DNA of 64,000 nucleotides from an uncultured Pseudomonadota bacterium (GCA_963779495.1 CAVZYM010000005.1:2265554-2329553); one strand, 5' to 3'. Counted from the first letter of the stretch, positions 44,844 through 54,990 are shown. Made by a program: numbers and translations. The notes: generated by a model from the sequence alone, not told the origin.

Positions 44844-45617
44844 TTACGAGGCGGGATCCGTCTGCTTCGTGTCCTTCGCCGTGACCTTCTTGGTTTCTTT
44901 TTTGCGCAGCCGCATGTTCAGGAGCTCGACGACCAGCGAGAAGGCCATGGCGAAGTAGACGTAGCCGCGGTTGACGTGGTGGCCGAACCCGTCGGCGACC
45001 AGCAGCACGCCGATCATCAGGAGGAACGAGAGGGCGAGGACCTTCATGCTCGGGTGGCGGGTGACGAAGTCGGCGACCACGTTCGCGAACACCAGCATCA
45101 CGCCGACGGCGAGCATCATCGCCACCAGCATCACCGACAGCGCGCGCGCCATCCCGACCGCGGTGATCACCGAGTCGAGCGAGAAGACGATGTCGAGCAC
45201 CAGGATCTGCGCCACCACCGAGGTCGCGTTGCCGGGCTTGGGCGGCGTGGTGGCGGGCGCCGCTTCCGTCGGCTCGTTCTCGGTCTGCGCGTAGAGCTCG
45301 TGCGTCGCCTTGTAGATCAGGAACAACCCCCCGGAGAGCAGCACCAGATCGCGCCCCGAGAACCCGTTGCCGAAGAGCTCGAACAGCGTCTTCGTCATCC
45401 CCATGATCCAGGTCAGCATCATCAGGAGGGCGATGCGCATCACCAGCGCGAGGCCGATCCCCAGCCGCCGCACCCGGGCCCGGCGGTCGGGCGAGACCTT
45501 CTGGGAGAGGATCGCGACCAGCAGGATGTTGTCGATCCCGAGGACGATCTCCAGGACCGTGAGGCTGACCAGGCTGGCCAGCCCCTCGCTGCTCAGTAAC
45601 GGGCGGAAGTCGAACAC
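44844..45617 (-). CDS. TerC family integral membrane protein
   Basis: LTVLEIVLGIDNILLVAIL and VLDIVFSLDSVITAVGM are the paired TerC motifs. There are about seven TM segments. Confidence 0.85.
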   Translation of the reverse strand: MFDFRPLLSSEGLASLVSLTVLEIVLGIDNILLVAILSQKVSPDRRARVRRLGIGLALVMRIALLMMLTWIMGMTKTLFELFGNGFSGRDLVLLSGGLFLIYKATHELYAQTENEPTEAAPATTPPKPGNATSVVAQILVLDIVFSLDSVITAVGMARALSVMLVAMMLAVGVMLVFANVVADFVTRHPSMKVLALSFLLMIGVLLVADGFGHHVNRGYVYFAMAFSLVVELLNMRLRKKETKKVTAKDTKQTDPAS

Positions 45618-45626
45618 GCGGGGAAG

Positions 45627-46445
45627 TTAGCTCTGCCCGAGCTTGCTGGCCACGCGCGCCGCTTCTTCGACCGCGCGCGCGATGACCGAGCGGATCCGCC
45701 CGTCTTCCATGATCAGCAGGCCGGCGATCGTGCTGCCGGCGGGCGTCGTCACTTGATCCTTCAGCGCTGCCGGGTGCATCCCCGTCTGCAGCACCATGCG
45801 GGCCGCCCCCTGGAACATCTGCGCGGCGATCGCCATGGCGGTGTCGCGCCGCAGCCCCATCCGGACCCCGCCGTCGGTCAGCGCCTCGAGGATGATGTAG
45901 ACGAAGGCGGGGCCGCTGCCGTTCAGGCTGGTGACGGCGTCCATCACCTTGTCCTCGGCCTCGATGCAGTTGCCCACGCTGCGGAAGATCTCCAGCACCA
46001 CCTTGGCCTGCGCGTCGGTGACGGCGGCGCCGCGGGCGATCACGGTCATCCCCTCGCCGATCAGGCAGGGGGTGTTGGGCATGGCGCGCACGACCGCGCT
46101 GCCGGGGAGCCAGCCGGCCAGCTGATCCAGGCGGATGCCGGCGGCGATGCTGACGACCAGCTTGCCGGCGAGCAGCCCCGCCATCTCGGGGGTGTTCAGC
46201 AGCGGCCCGACCTCGTGCGGCTTCACGCAGACCAGCACGACGTGCCCGGCGCGGCAGGCCTCGGCGTTGTCGCTGGTGGTCCGGATGCCGTGCTTCTCGC
46301 GCAGGGTGGCCGCCACCTCGGCGCGCCGGTCGGTCGCGAAGATCTGCCCCGGTTGCAGCGCCTTGGACCGCAGCAGGCCGCGCACGATCGCTTCCCCCAT
46401 CGTGCCGCAGCCGAGCACGGTCAGCGTCTGGTCGTTGGCGAGCAT
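45627..46445 (-). CDS. proC: pyrroline-5-carboxylate reductase
   Basis: LTVLGCGTMGEAIVRGLL, VVRAMPNTPCLIGEGMT, SGSGPAFVYIILEALTDGGV and VTTPAGSTIAGL. Confidence 0.9.
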   Translation of the reverse strand: MLANDQTLTVLGCGTMGEAIVRGLLRSKALQPGQIFATDRRAEVAATLREKHGIRTTSDNAEACRAGHVVLVCVKPHEVGPLLNTPEMAGLLAGKLVVSIAAGIRLDQLAGWLPGSAVVRAMPNTPCLIGEGMTVIARGAAVTDAQAKVVLEIFRSVGNCIEAEDKVMDAVTSLNGSGPAFVYIILEALTDGGVRMGLRRDTAMAIAAQMFQGAARMVLQTGMHPAALKDQVTTPAGSTIAGLLIMEDGRIRSVIARAVEEAARVASKLGQS

Positions 46446-46517
46446 GGCGGGGAAATATCGCACAAGATCTGCGCTCGCGGGCGCGGGGGCCGCCCAACCG
46501 GGATTACCTTGCCGCGC

Positions 46518-47084
46518 GTGGCGCTGCGGCAATGGCAGATCGACCGGGCCCGATCGGAGATCGCCTTCAGCGTGCGCCACATGGTGATCGCGAAGGTGCG
46601 CGGGCGGTTCACGCGCTGGCAGGGGTCCCTCTGGCTCGACGAGCAGGATCTGCCGCGATCGCGGGTCGAGGTCGCGATCGAGGTCGCCAGCATCGACACC
46701 GCCGACGCGCAGCGCGACGAGTACCTGCGCACCGCCGAGCTCCTCGACGTGGCCAGGTACCCGACGATGAAGTTCCAGAGCCGGCGCGTCGAGGCCAGCG
46801 GAAAGCGGCTGCGGGTGACGGGCGATCTCACGCTGCGCGGCGTGACCCGGTCGATCGTGCTCGACGCCGTCTTCCGGGGGCGCGTGGGGGGCGAGGGGGG
46901 AGATCAGGCGGTCGCGTTCACCGGCAAGGCCACCGTCGACCGCGAAGCGTACGGCGCCGGTTGGAGCCAGGCGCTGGAGACGGGCGGCCTCCTGGTCGGC
47001 AAACAGGTCGAGGTCGATTTGACGCTGGGCGCGACAGAGCCGGCGTCCGCCGCTGGTACGGAACACCCCGAGGGTTCCGTGTAA
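46518..47084 (+). CDS. YceI family protein
   Basis: WQIDRARSEIAFSVRHMVIAKVRGRF, DTADAQRDEYLRTAELLDVARYPTMKF and LTLRGVTRSIVLD. The start is GTG 46518 or TTG 46509. Confidence 0.8.
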   Translation: MALRQWQIDRARSEIAFSVRHMVIAKVRGRFTRWQGSLWLDEQDLPRSRVEVAIEVASIDTADAQRDEYLRTAELLDVARYPTMKFQSRRVEASGKRLRVTGDLTLRGVTRSIVLDAVFRGRVGGEGGDQAVAFTGKATVDREAYGAGWSQALETGGLLVGKQVEVDLTLGATEPASAAGTEHPEGSV

Positions 47085-47097
47085 AATCCCCGGGCTC

Positions 47098-48276
47098 ATG
47101 GCCGCTGCTTCGGACTCACGCAGGCATCTGGGAGAGGCGCACCGCATCGTCGTCAAGGTGGGGACGCACGTGGTCACCACCGACGACGGCGCGCTGGCGG
47201 TCGCCCGGCTGACCGGGCTCTGCGAGAGCCTGGCCCAGCTGCGGCGGGGCGGGCGCGAGATCGTGCTGGTGTCGAGCGGCGCGGTCGGCATGGGGATGCG
47301 CGTGCTCGGGCTCCCCGAGCGCCCCCGCTCCCTGGGGCTGCGCCAGGCCTGCGCGGCCGTCGGCCAGGGGCATCTGATCGGGCGCTACACCGAGCTGTTC
47401 GCCAAGTTCGGCGTCACCGCCGCGCAGGTCCTGCTCACGCAGGAGGACCTCGCCGACCGCGATCGCGCGCTCTGCCTGCGCACGACCCTGATGCGTCTCC
47501 TCGAGCTGGGGGTCATTCCCGTCCTGAACGAGAACGACAGCGTCAGCGTCGCCGAGCTGGTCGACTTCAGACGGGGCCAGGGGCAAGACGTCGCCGCCAA
47601 CATCGGGTTCGGCGACAACGATGGCCTCTCGGCCCGGGTCGCGGTCAGCCTCGACGCCGACCTGCTGGTGCTGCTGACCAACGTCGGCGGCCTGTACACC
47701 GCCAACCCCAAGAAGGATCCGAGCGCCGTGCGCATCCCCGAGCTCTCCGGCGTCGACGACGCCACGCTGGGGCGGGCCGACGGGGGCTCGGAGGGGGGAA
47801 CCGGCGGGATGGCGAGCAAGCTGGCGTCGGCGCGGCTCGCCTCGGCCGAGGGGACGGTGGTGCTGATCGCGCCCGGTCACGAGCCGCGCGTCGTCGAGCG
47901 GGCGCTGGCCGGCGTCGACGTCGGGACGCTGATAACGGCCTCGCGCCGCCCGGCCCGCATTCGCCACATCGCCGTCTCCGCGCGCCACCGGGGCGCGCTG
48001 ATCGTCAACGACGGCGCGCTGCGGGCGCTGGCCGGCGAGAAGGCGTCGCTGCTGCCGATCGGCGTCGTCTCCGTCGAGGGGAGCTTCGACAAGGGCGAGG
48101 TGGTCGAGATCCGCGACGGCAGCGGCCGGGTCCACGGGCGGGGGCTGGTGAACTACCCGGCCGACGCCTGCCGCAAGCTGGCCGGCCGTCACAGCGACGA
48201 CATCGACGCCGTGCTGGGGTGGCGCGGCTACGACGCGCTGATCACGCGCGACAACCTGGTGATGGGAGCCGTCTGA
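47098..48276 (+). CDS. proB: glutamate 5-kinase (with PUA domain)
   Basis: RIVVKVGTHVVT, VLVSSGAVGMG, FGDNDGLSARVA and GGMASKLASARLA. The C-terminal part (GEVVEIRDGSGRVHGRGLVNY) is a PUA domain. Confidence 0.9.
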   Translation: MAAASDSRRHLGEAHRIVVKVGTHVVTTDDGALAVARLTGLCESLAQLRRGGREIVLVSSGAVGMGMRVLGLPERPRSLGLRQACAAVGQGHLIGRYTELFAKFGVTAAQVLLTQEDLADRDRALCLRTTLMRLLELGVIPVLNENDSVSVAELVDFRRGQGQDVAANIGFGDNDGLSARVAVSLDADLLVLLTNVGGLYTANPKKDPSAVRIPELSGVDDATLGRADGGSEGGTGGMASKLASARLASAEGTVVLIAPGHEPRVVERALAGVDVGTLITASRRPARIRHIAVSARHRGALIVNDGALRALAGEKASLLPIGVVSVEGSFDKGEVVEIRDGSGRVHGRGLVNYPADACRKLAGRHSDDIDAVLGWRGYDALITRDNLVMGAV

Positions 48277-49586
48277 TGAGCGCGACGAACGACGTGAAAG
48301 AAAGCGCAATGCGGGCGACCGCCCTGGCGGCGAAGGCCGCGGGGGCCAAGCTGGTCGCGCTCGGCGCCGACGGGCGAAGGGCGCTGTTGCGTTCGCTGGC
48401 CAAGGCGCTGCGCGAGCCCGCGGCGCGGGTCGAGATCGCGGCCGCCAACGCCGCCGACATGGAACGGGCCAAGGCCGAGGGGGTGGCGACGCCGCTGGTA
48501 AAGCGGCTCGGCCTCGACGCCGGCAAGCTCGACGGCGTCTGCGACGGGCTGGAGCAGCTCGCCGCGATGCCCGATCTCGTCGGCAAGACGACGCTGCGCC
48601 GCGAGCTGGACGACGGCCTGGTGCTCGAGCGCGTCTCCGCGCCGCTCGGTCTCCTCGGCATCGTGTTCGAATCGCGCCCCGACGCGCTGGTGCAGATCGT
48701 CGGGCTGGCCTGGAAAAGCGGCAACGCGGTGCTGCTCAAGGGGGGGCGCGAGGCGCTCGGGACCAACCGGGTGCTCACCGCCGCGATTCATCGCGTGCTG
48801 CAAGCCGCCAGCGTCGATCCACGCGCCGCCGTGCTGCTGGAGGGGCGCGAGGATGTGACCGCGGTGCTGGCCCTGCACGGCATCGTCGAGGTGATCGTCG
48901 CGCGTGGCTCGTCGGAGTTCGTCCGCGAGATCATGTCCAAGAGCGAGATTCCGGTGATGGGGCACGCGGCGGGCGTCTGCCATCTGTACCTGCACGCCGC
49001 CGCCGATCCGGCGATGGCCGCCAAGCTGGCGGTCGACGGCAAGACGACCTACCCGGCCGCCTGCAACGCCACCGAGACGCTGCTCTGGGACGCCGGGGCG
49101 ACCGCGGCGCTCGACGCGACGGTGGCGGCGCTGCAGAAGGCGGGGGTCGAGATCCGCGGCGACGCGGCGACCCGACAGCGCCACCCGTCGGTGAAGGCCG
49201 CCGCCGAGAGCGACTTCGGCTACGAGTTCGGCGCCAACATCATCGCCGTCAAGCAGGTCGCCGGGCTCGACGAGGCGCTGGCCCACATCGCGGCGAACGG
49301 CTCGAAGCACACCGAGGCGATCGTCACCGGCGACGCGGCGGCCGCCGAGACGTTCCTGGCCGGCGTCGACGCGGCGGGCGCGTTCCACAACGCCAGCACG
49401 CGCTTCGCCGACGGCTTCCGTTACGGTCTGGGCGCCGAGGTCGGCATCAGCACCGACAAGCTCCACGCCCGCGGCCCGGTCGGCGTCGAGGGGCTGCTCA
49501 CCTACCGCTGGCTGCTGCGCGGCCAGGGCCAGGAGACGGCGAGCTACGGTCCAGGCAAGCGCGCGTTCAAGCACCGGGATTTGTAA
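48276..49586 (+). CDS. proA: gamma-glutamyl phosphate reductase
   Basis: PLGLLGIVFESRPDALVQIVGLAWKSGNAVLLKGGREA, ACNATETLL, HTEAIVT and NASTRFADGFRYGLGAEVGIST. The ATG overlaps the proB stop by 1 nt. Confidence 0.9.
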   Translation: MSATNDVKESAMRATALAAKAAGAKLVALGADGRRALLRSLAKALREPAARVEIAAANAADMERAKAEGVATPLVKRLGLDAGKLDGVCDGLEQLAAMPDLVGKTTLRRELDDGLVLERVSAPLGLLGIVFESRPDALVQIVGLAWKSGNAVLLKGGREALGTNRVLTAAIHRVLQAASVDPRAAVLLEGREDVTAVLALHGIVEVIVARGSSEFVREIMSKSEIPVMGHAAGVCHLYLHAAADPAMAAKLAVDGKTTYPAACNATETLLWDAGATAALDATVAALQKAGVEIRGDAATRQRHPSVKAAAESDFGYEFGANIIAVKQVAGLDEALAHIAANGSKHTEAIVTGDAAAAETFLAGVDAAGAFHNASTRFADGFRYGLGAEVGISTDKLHARGPVGVEGLLTYRWLLRGQGQETASYGPGKRAFKHRDL

Positions 49587-49624
49587 CCGCGGCAAGAGCG
49601 GCGACATCGATCTTTGACCAACCC

Positions 49625-50807
49625 ATGAGCGACGAGCTGAACCGCAGGGATACGCTGAAGGTGATCGCGGGGACCGCGGCGGCGGCGGCGGCGTGCACGC
49701 CCCGTTCGAGCCAGAAGGAGACGAGCAAGATGACAGCGACGACCGCGACGACGACCGCCACGACCACCGCGCCGGCGAGAGAACGACCCCCAGGCCATCG
49801 CCTCGGTCACGCCGCTCGGCTTCCCCTGGCGCACGCACGATCCGTTTCTGTTCTGCGTCCACCACGACGACCGCTACCCCGCGGGGAACGCGGTGCTCGG
49901 CCCGGCGGCGTCGCTGGCCGGGCGCGACCTCGGCCAGGACTTCGCCGGCGTCGACGGCTGGCGCATGTACCACGGCCAGCGCGTCCCCGGCTTCCCGCAG
50001 CACCCGCACCGCGGCTTCGAGACGGTGACGGTCGTGCGCACGGGGCTGCTCGATCACTCCGACTCGCTCGGCGCGACGGCGCGCTACGGCGGCGGCGACG
50101 TGCAGTGGCTGACCGCCGGCGGCGGCATCCTGCACGCCGAGATGTTCCCGCTGCTCGACGAGGCGAACCCGAACCCGCTCGAGCTGTTCCAGATCTGGCT
50201 CAACCTGCCCAAGGCCAACAAGTTCGTCGAGCCGCACTTCGCGATGTTCTGGGACCGGGGGATCCCGCGGCGCGCGCTGACCGACGCGGCGGGGCGCGCG
50301 ATCGAGGTGACGGTGGTGGCCGGGCGGTACGGCGACGCGACGCCGCCGGCGCCGCCGCCCAACTCGTGGGCCTCGCGGGCCGACGCCGACGTCGCGATCT
50401 GGACGATCAAGCTGGCGCCCGGGGCGACCTGGACGCTGCCGGCGGCGGCGACCGGCACGCACCGCTCGCTCTACTTTTTCCGCGGCCAGGGGCTGCGCGT
50501 CGCGGGGCGCGAGATCCCGCCCACCCACGAGGTCGAGCTCGCCGACGCCCGCGCGGTGGCGCTGGTCGGCGGCCGCGAGGAGACCGAGCTGCTGCTGCTG
50601 CAGGGGCGCCCGATCGGCGAGCCGGTCGTCCCGTACGGGCCGTTCGTGATGAACACGCGCGAGGAGATCCAGCAGGCGTTCGCCGACTACCAGCGGACGC
50701 AGTTCGGCGGCTGGCCCTGGCCCAGCGACGAGCCGGTCCACCCGCGCGACGCGGGCCGCTTCGCCCTGCACGCCGACGGCCGCGTCGACAAACCGACGAC
50801 GACCTAA
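49625..50807 (+). pseudogene. pirin family protein with a Tat-type signal, single frameshift near 49785 (likely an artefact)
   Basis: MSDELNRRDTLKVIAGTAAAAAAC (twin-Arg signal) is in one frame. Conserved pirin sequence (ITPLGFPWRTHDPFLFCVHHDD..FPQHPHRGFETVTVV) begins in another frame, upstream of that frame's first start codon. The junction is at a run of five C. Confidence 0.7.
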
Positions 50808-50849
50808 CCCGCATGTGCGTGCTGCGGATCAGCGGCAAGGACCGCGGCG

Positions 50850-51056
50850 GTGCGCGAGCTGACCAGCTACGCCTTCGCGCGGCTCCCGGTGAACCGCCTC
50901 TACGCGTTGCCCTTCGCCCACAACCCGGCGTCGATCGCCCTGCTCGCGCGCCTCGGCTACCGCCGCGAAGGCGAGCTGGTCGACAGCATCATCAAGGACG
51001 GCCAGATCCGCAGTCAGGTCGTCTACGCCATCACGCGCGCCGAGTGGCGCGGCTGA
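50850..51056 (+). pseudogene. 5'-truncated GNAT (RimJ/RimL-like) N-acetyltransferase fragment
   Basis: Only the C-terminal portion is present (LTSYAFARLPVNRLYALPFAHNPASIALLARLGYRREGELVDSIIKDGQIRSQVVYAITRAEW). There is no acetyl-CoA-binding N-terminal half upstream, and only about 40 nt separate it from the pirin stop. Confidence 0.55.
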
Positions 51057-51092
51057 CCGCGGTGCCCGGCCGCGGGCGAAAACAAACTAGTG

Positions 51093-52454
51093 CCTATTCA
51101 AGGCATCAATGGAACGTGGCGACCCGTGATGGGCAAGCGCAGCAGGTAGCCGTCAGCAGTAGGTGGCCCGCCGCCTGGTCGCGTTCGATCGGAGAGAAAA
51201 CAGGAAAAGAGGTCCCCGCCTTGTTGGGATTGGGTTGCGAAGCGCAATCGCCAAACGAGGAGGGACCTCATGGATCGTTATATCGGGATCGATGTTCATG
51301 CCCAAAGTTGCACCATCGCGGTGCTCGGGCCGACGGGGAAACAGCTCTGGTCGACGGTGGTAGAGACGAACGGGGAGGCCTTGGTGCGAGCGGTGACTGG
51401 CGTGGCCGGTCAGCGGCACATCTGCTTCGAGGAAGGCACCCAGAGTGCGTGGTTGCACGAGCTCCTGGAGCCTTACGCAGAGGAGAATCGTGGTGGCGGT
51501 TCCACCTGCACGCCAGACGGGGTCGAAGAGCGATGCGAGCGATGCCTGGCAGCGTGCGGACGAGCTGCGGCTGGGCAAGATCGAGCGGCCAGTTTTCAAG
51601 AGACCGACGGAGTTCGTCGGCTTGAGACAGGCGGTACGGGCACACGTGATGATCGTCCAGGACGTCATCCGTACGAAGAACCGAGTGAAGAGCATCTTTC
51701 GCTCGCGAGGTGTTCAGTGCGCAGGCCAGGAGGTCTACAACTCGAAGAAGGCGAATCTCTGGCTGGATCAACTTCCGCCGCACCACCGCGAGCTAGCAGC
51801 GCTGCTACTCGACGAGACGCACGCGCTCGAGGAGCTTCGGAGTCGAGCCGAGAAACGTCTGGAGAACGAGGCGAGCAAACTCCCGATCGTTCAGCGGCTG
51901 GCGACAGCACCGGGGATCGGATCGATTCGGGCCGCACAGATCGCAGCCACGGTCGTAACCCCTCATCGATTCCGCACCAAACGTCAGTTTTGGAGCTACT
52001 GCGGGCTCGGCATCGTGACGCGCTCGTCGGCCGACTGGGTGCGCGTCGACGACAAATGGGTGCGCTCGAAGGTAGCCCAGACGCGAGGACTCAATCGGAA
52101 TCGAAATTCACTACTCAAGATGGTGTTCAAGGGGGCAGCGCTGACCGTCATCAGCAACTTGCCCGATCATCCCCTGTGCGCCGACTACCAGCGCAAGGTG
52201 GCCGCCGAGACGAAGCCCAATCTGGCGAGACTGACTCTTGCTCGCAGGATTGCGGCTGCAGTGCTCGCCCTGTGGAAGAACCAGGAGGACTACGACCCGG
52301 CAAAGCACTGCGCCAAAGACTAGGCGTTCTGGATCCGTCGCATCGTCCTGCCCTGGGTAGGTCGCATGGATTGCGGACGCACAACCGGTTCGAGAGGAAG
52401 CATCCACGTGCCATCTGGCCCCAGGCGCGCGCCGCGGAGGCCCTAATTCAAGGC
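51093..52454 (+). mobile_element. IS110-family insertion sequence (approximate ends)
   Basis: A lower-GC block containing a DEDD-type transposase. It is bracketed by CCTATTCAAGGC (51093-51104) and CCTAATTCAAGGC (52442-52454). The length of about 1.36 kb fits the family. The ends are inferred from that repeat only. Confidence 0.5.
51270..52323 (+). pseudogene. IS110-family transposase, single frameshift near 51487
   Basis: MDRYIGIDVHAQSCTIAVLGPTGK (DEDD N-terminal domain), SDASDAWQRADELRLG and LATAPGIGSIRAAQIAATVV (Transposase_20 HhH). Removing one A from GAGAATCG joins ..LLEPYAEE to IVVAVPPARQTGSKSDA. Confidence 0.8.
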
Positions 52455-52837
52455 TATGCCCTCTCGGAGCATCGACTGAAGCAATGGACCCTCGAGGCCC
52501 TACTAGAAGTGTGGTGCCCTCCTTTTCGGAGAGGACAAAAGAGCTTCACAAGTGCATCCGGCATTCATCAGGTCGTAGATCGGCAAGGCAGGATCATTCG
52601 ACGACGACAAGCTGCTCGCTACATGCGCGCTTCAGGGCAGCTGGGTCGACCGAGAACACTGACAGTCGCAGGGGGTCGCCAGAGGCGAAGAGCTCAGCTT
52701 CTGACGACAGGGGACACCTTTGTCTTGACCTCCGGTTCCCTAGAAGAGGCACACCGTTCGCCGCGCCCTGTTGGGGGCGACGGCATCGATAGCGGTCCCG
52801 CCCGGGAACCCGACCCGCGCGCGGTTGTCCTTCGAGC

Positions 52838-53428
52838 GTGCGACCGGACGTGCGCGCGAGCCGATGGGGCGTGATCCTGGCGGGCGTCGGGCTGGTCGCG
52901 TTCGCGGCGCACGCGGCGGCGCGCACCCCCGCGGCGGAGGAGCGGGAGATCTGCAAGCGCTGGGTCGCCGCGACCGCAAAGACGCGGGCCCGGTTATCCG
53001 GCTTGCGCCGGTACGAGCTCGACGCGCTGAGCGAGGCGAACGCGCTCGCGCCCGTCTTCACGAGACCGACATGGCGTGGCTCGCCGAGGCGCGTGATTGG
53101 CTGGCGATGCACCCGACGCGGGTGCGCACTCTGGTGTCCCGCCTGCGCAATCCCAACCTCATCGGGTTGACGAACGCGGCCGATACCTACGTGCGCGGCC
53201 GAAACGGGCGCTTCTACGGGCACGGCGGCGATCGTCGCCGACAATCTGTTCACCGTCGCGGGGCGGGCCTCCTGGTTGCTGGCGCAGATGACCGGGCGCG
53301 CCGACCACCGGCCGGTGCTCGCCCGGACCGACCCGATCGCGCTGGCGATGCGCGCCCGTGACTGGGAGGCGTGGCTTTCGCGCGTCGACGACGGTGACGT
53401 CTGCTTCGGTCCCCCCGCGCACGACTGA
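52838..53428 (+). pseudogene. hypothetical exported protein reconstructed across two frameshifts
   Basis: WGVILAGVGLVAFAAHAAA (signal/TM), then DMAWLAEARDWLAMHPTRVRTLVSRLRNPNLIGLTNAADTY in a second frame, then IVADNLFTVAGRASWLLAQMTG...WEAWLSRVDDGDVCF back in the first frame. The family is unknown and the reconstruction is speculative. Confidence 0.35.
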
Positions 53429-53447
53429 CGCCGGGCGACGCGGCGCC

Positions 53448-54919
53448 TCACCAACCTGCGGGGACGACGATCGTGTCGCCCAGCAGGCGGTGGTGCCGTC
53501 GCGGCGGATGGCGCAGTAACCGCTCGTGAACGAGGTGATCTGCGTGAAGAGGCCCATCGGGGCGACAGCGGCGGTGACGCCGGTCTGGCCGGGCCAGCAG
53601 AGGATCGTCCCGTCGCTCCGAAGGCCGCAAGCGGTGCGGTAGTTGTAGTCCATCGCCACCTGCACGAACGCGTCGGTCGGTGGGGGGAGCGCGTCCTGCG
53701 CCGGGCCGTAGCAGAACACCTGGCCGTCGTCGCGCACCGCGCAGGCGGCTCCGTTGTTGGACGATACGTACAGGTACTTGCCGGCGGGGAAGGGGACGAA
53801 GTCGGGCTTGTGCAGGGCGCCGGTGTCGTCAATCGCGTAGACCGCCTGGTTCGAGACCGAGAGCTGGACGTACTTGCCGGCGTATCCCGTCGCCGGCAGC
53901 GCGGTGCCGTTGTAGCAGGCGAGCTCGCCCGTCGTGCGGATCCCGCAGTCGCCGTAGATCGTCGTGACGTAGTGCTTGAAGGTGTCGGTCGGGCGGAACA
54001 CCGTGTTCGTCGTCGGGCTCCAGCAGGAGACGGCGCCGGTGCCGTCGACCGCGCACGACTGCCAGGGGCCGTCGCTGACCGTCACCTCGACCCAGGATTT
54101 CTTTGGGGCGCCCGTGGTCCAGAGGCCGGCCTGCTTCTGCTCGAAGTCGTTGGCGGTCCCCCAGCAGCTGAGTGTCCCGTCCGCCTTCACGGCGCAGACG
54201 TTCTTGTAGTCGGTGCTGCCGGCGAGCTGCACCGTGCAGACGAACGACTCGTCGAGCCAGGTCCCGGTGGCGTCGCAGCGCTGGCGGCGCCCCGTCGGAC
54301 CGCAGCGGAGCTCGTCGACCGGACAGAAGACGCCGCCGTCGAAACTGGTGCCGCTGCCGGCGTCGCCCGTCGTCCCGGCGCCGCCTTGCCTTCCCCCGCT
54401 GCCCGTGGGGCTGCTTCCGCCGCTGGCCACGGCGCCCGCGGTGCCGGTGCCGCGACCGGCTGTGCCGGTTGTCCCCCCCTGGCCGCCTGGGCTCGCGCCG
54501 GCGGAGCCGGAGCCGGAGCCGGCGGCGCCGGAGCCAGAGCCCGCCGCGCCCGAGCCAGAGCCGGCGGAGCCGGAGCCAGAGCCCGCCGCGCCGGTCGTGC
54601 CGCGACCGCCGCTGCCGCCGACGCCGATCGAGCCGCCGACGCCGTTCGTGCCGCCGACGCCGATCGAGCCGGCGGCGCCGATCGCCCCGCCCCTGCCCAT
54701 CGCGCCGCCTGCGCTCGAGCCGGCCAGGCCGGAGCTGCCCGCGGAGCCGTTCGAACCCCCGCTTCCGGAGACGATCCCAGCGTCGGCGGGGCCGCTCGAT
54801 CCTGCGGCCCCGGTGCCCACCGAGCCGCCGGCGCCCGTGTCGGAACCTTTGTCGGAGCTGGCGCACCCCCCGAGCGCTGCAATCAGAGCAAGCAAAGTTA
54901 GTTTATTAAGGTGAAACAT
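53448..54919 (-). CDS. lipoprotein with a Gly/Ser-rich linker and an RCC1-like beta-propeller (frameshift in the last ~13 codons)
   Basis: MFHLNKLTLLALIAALGGCASS has a lipobox. Repeats follow: CAVKADGTLSCWG, CAVDGTGAVSCW, CGIRTTGELACYN, CAVRDDGQVFCYG, CGLRSDGTILCWPG, CAIRRDGTTACW. Adding one G to a GGG run near 53487 gives ..ACWGDTIVVPAGW-stop at 53448 instead of a 100-aa Arg-rich extension. Confidence 0.7.
54500..54595. repeat. imperfect short tandem repeats encoding GSGSGAAGSGSGAAGSGSGSAG in the linker
   Basis: Reiterated ggagccggagcc / gagccagagcc units read directly from the sequence. Confidence 0.6.
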
Positions 54920-54990
54920 CCCACAAGCGTACCGCGCAAACGGCGGGTTACGTGGGGGATTTCTCGTGGCCGCGTTACGATAGCCGGGCG

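Noticed and set aside
45618-45626. Mn-responsive (yybP-ykoY) riboswitch upstream of the TerC gene
   Set aside because: Only 9 nt separate the terC start from the proC stop, so there is no room for a riboswitch. terC appears to be co-transcribed with proC.
51057-51076. Rho-independent terminator after the GNAT fragment (CCGCGG-n7-CCGCGG)
   Set aside because: It is a short 6-bp stem built from a self-complementary hexamer with no following T-tract (it is followed by CGAAAACAAAC), so the support is insufficient.
51480-51495. Programmed -1/+1 ribosomal frameshift in the IS110 transposase
   Set aside because: IS110-family transposases are made from a single ORF. There is no slippery heptamer or downstream structure, and the break is a single extra A, like other probable errors in the window.
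52484-52792. 102-aa ORF to the right of the IS
   Set aside because: It has an Arg/Ser-rich, basic composition with no RBS and no recognisable domain. I treat the region as non-coding or remnant sequence.
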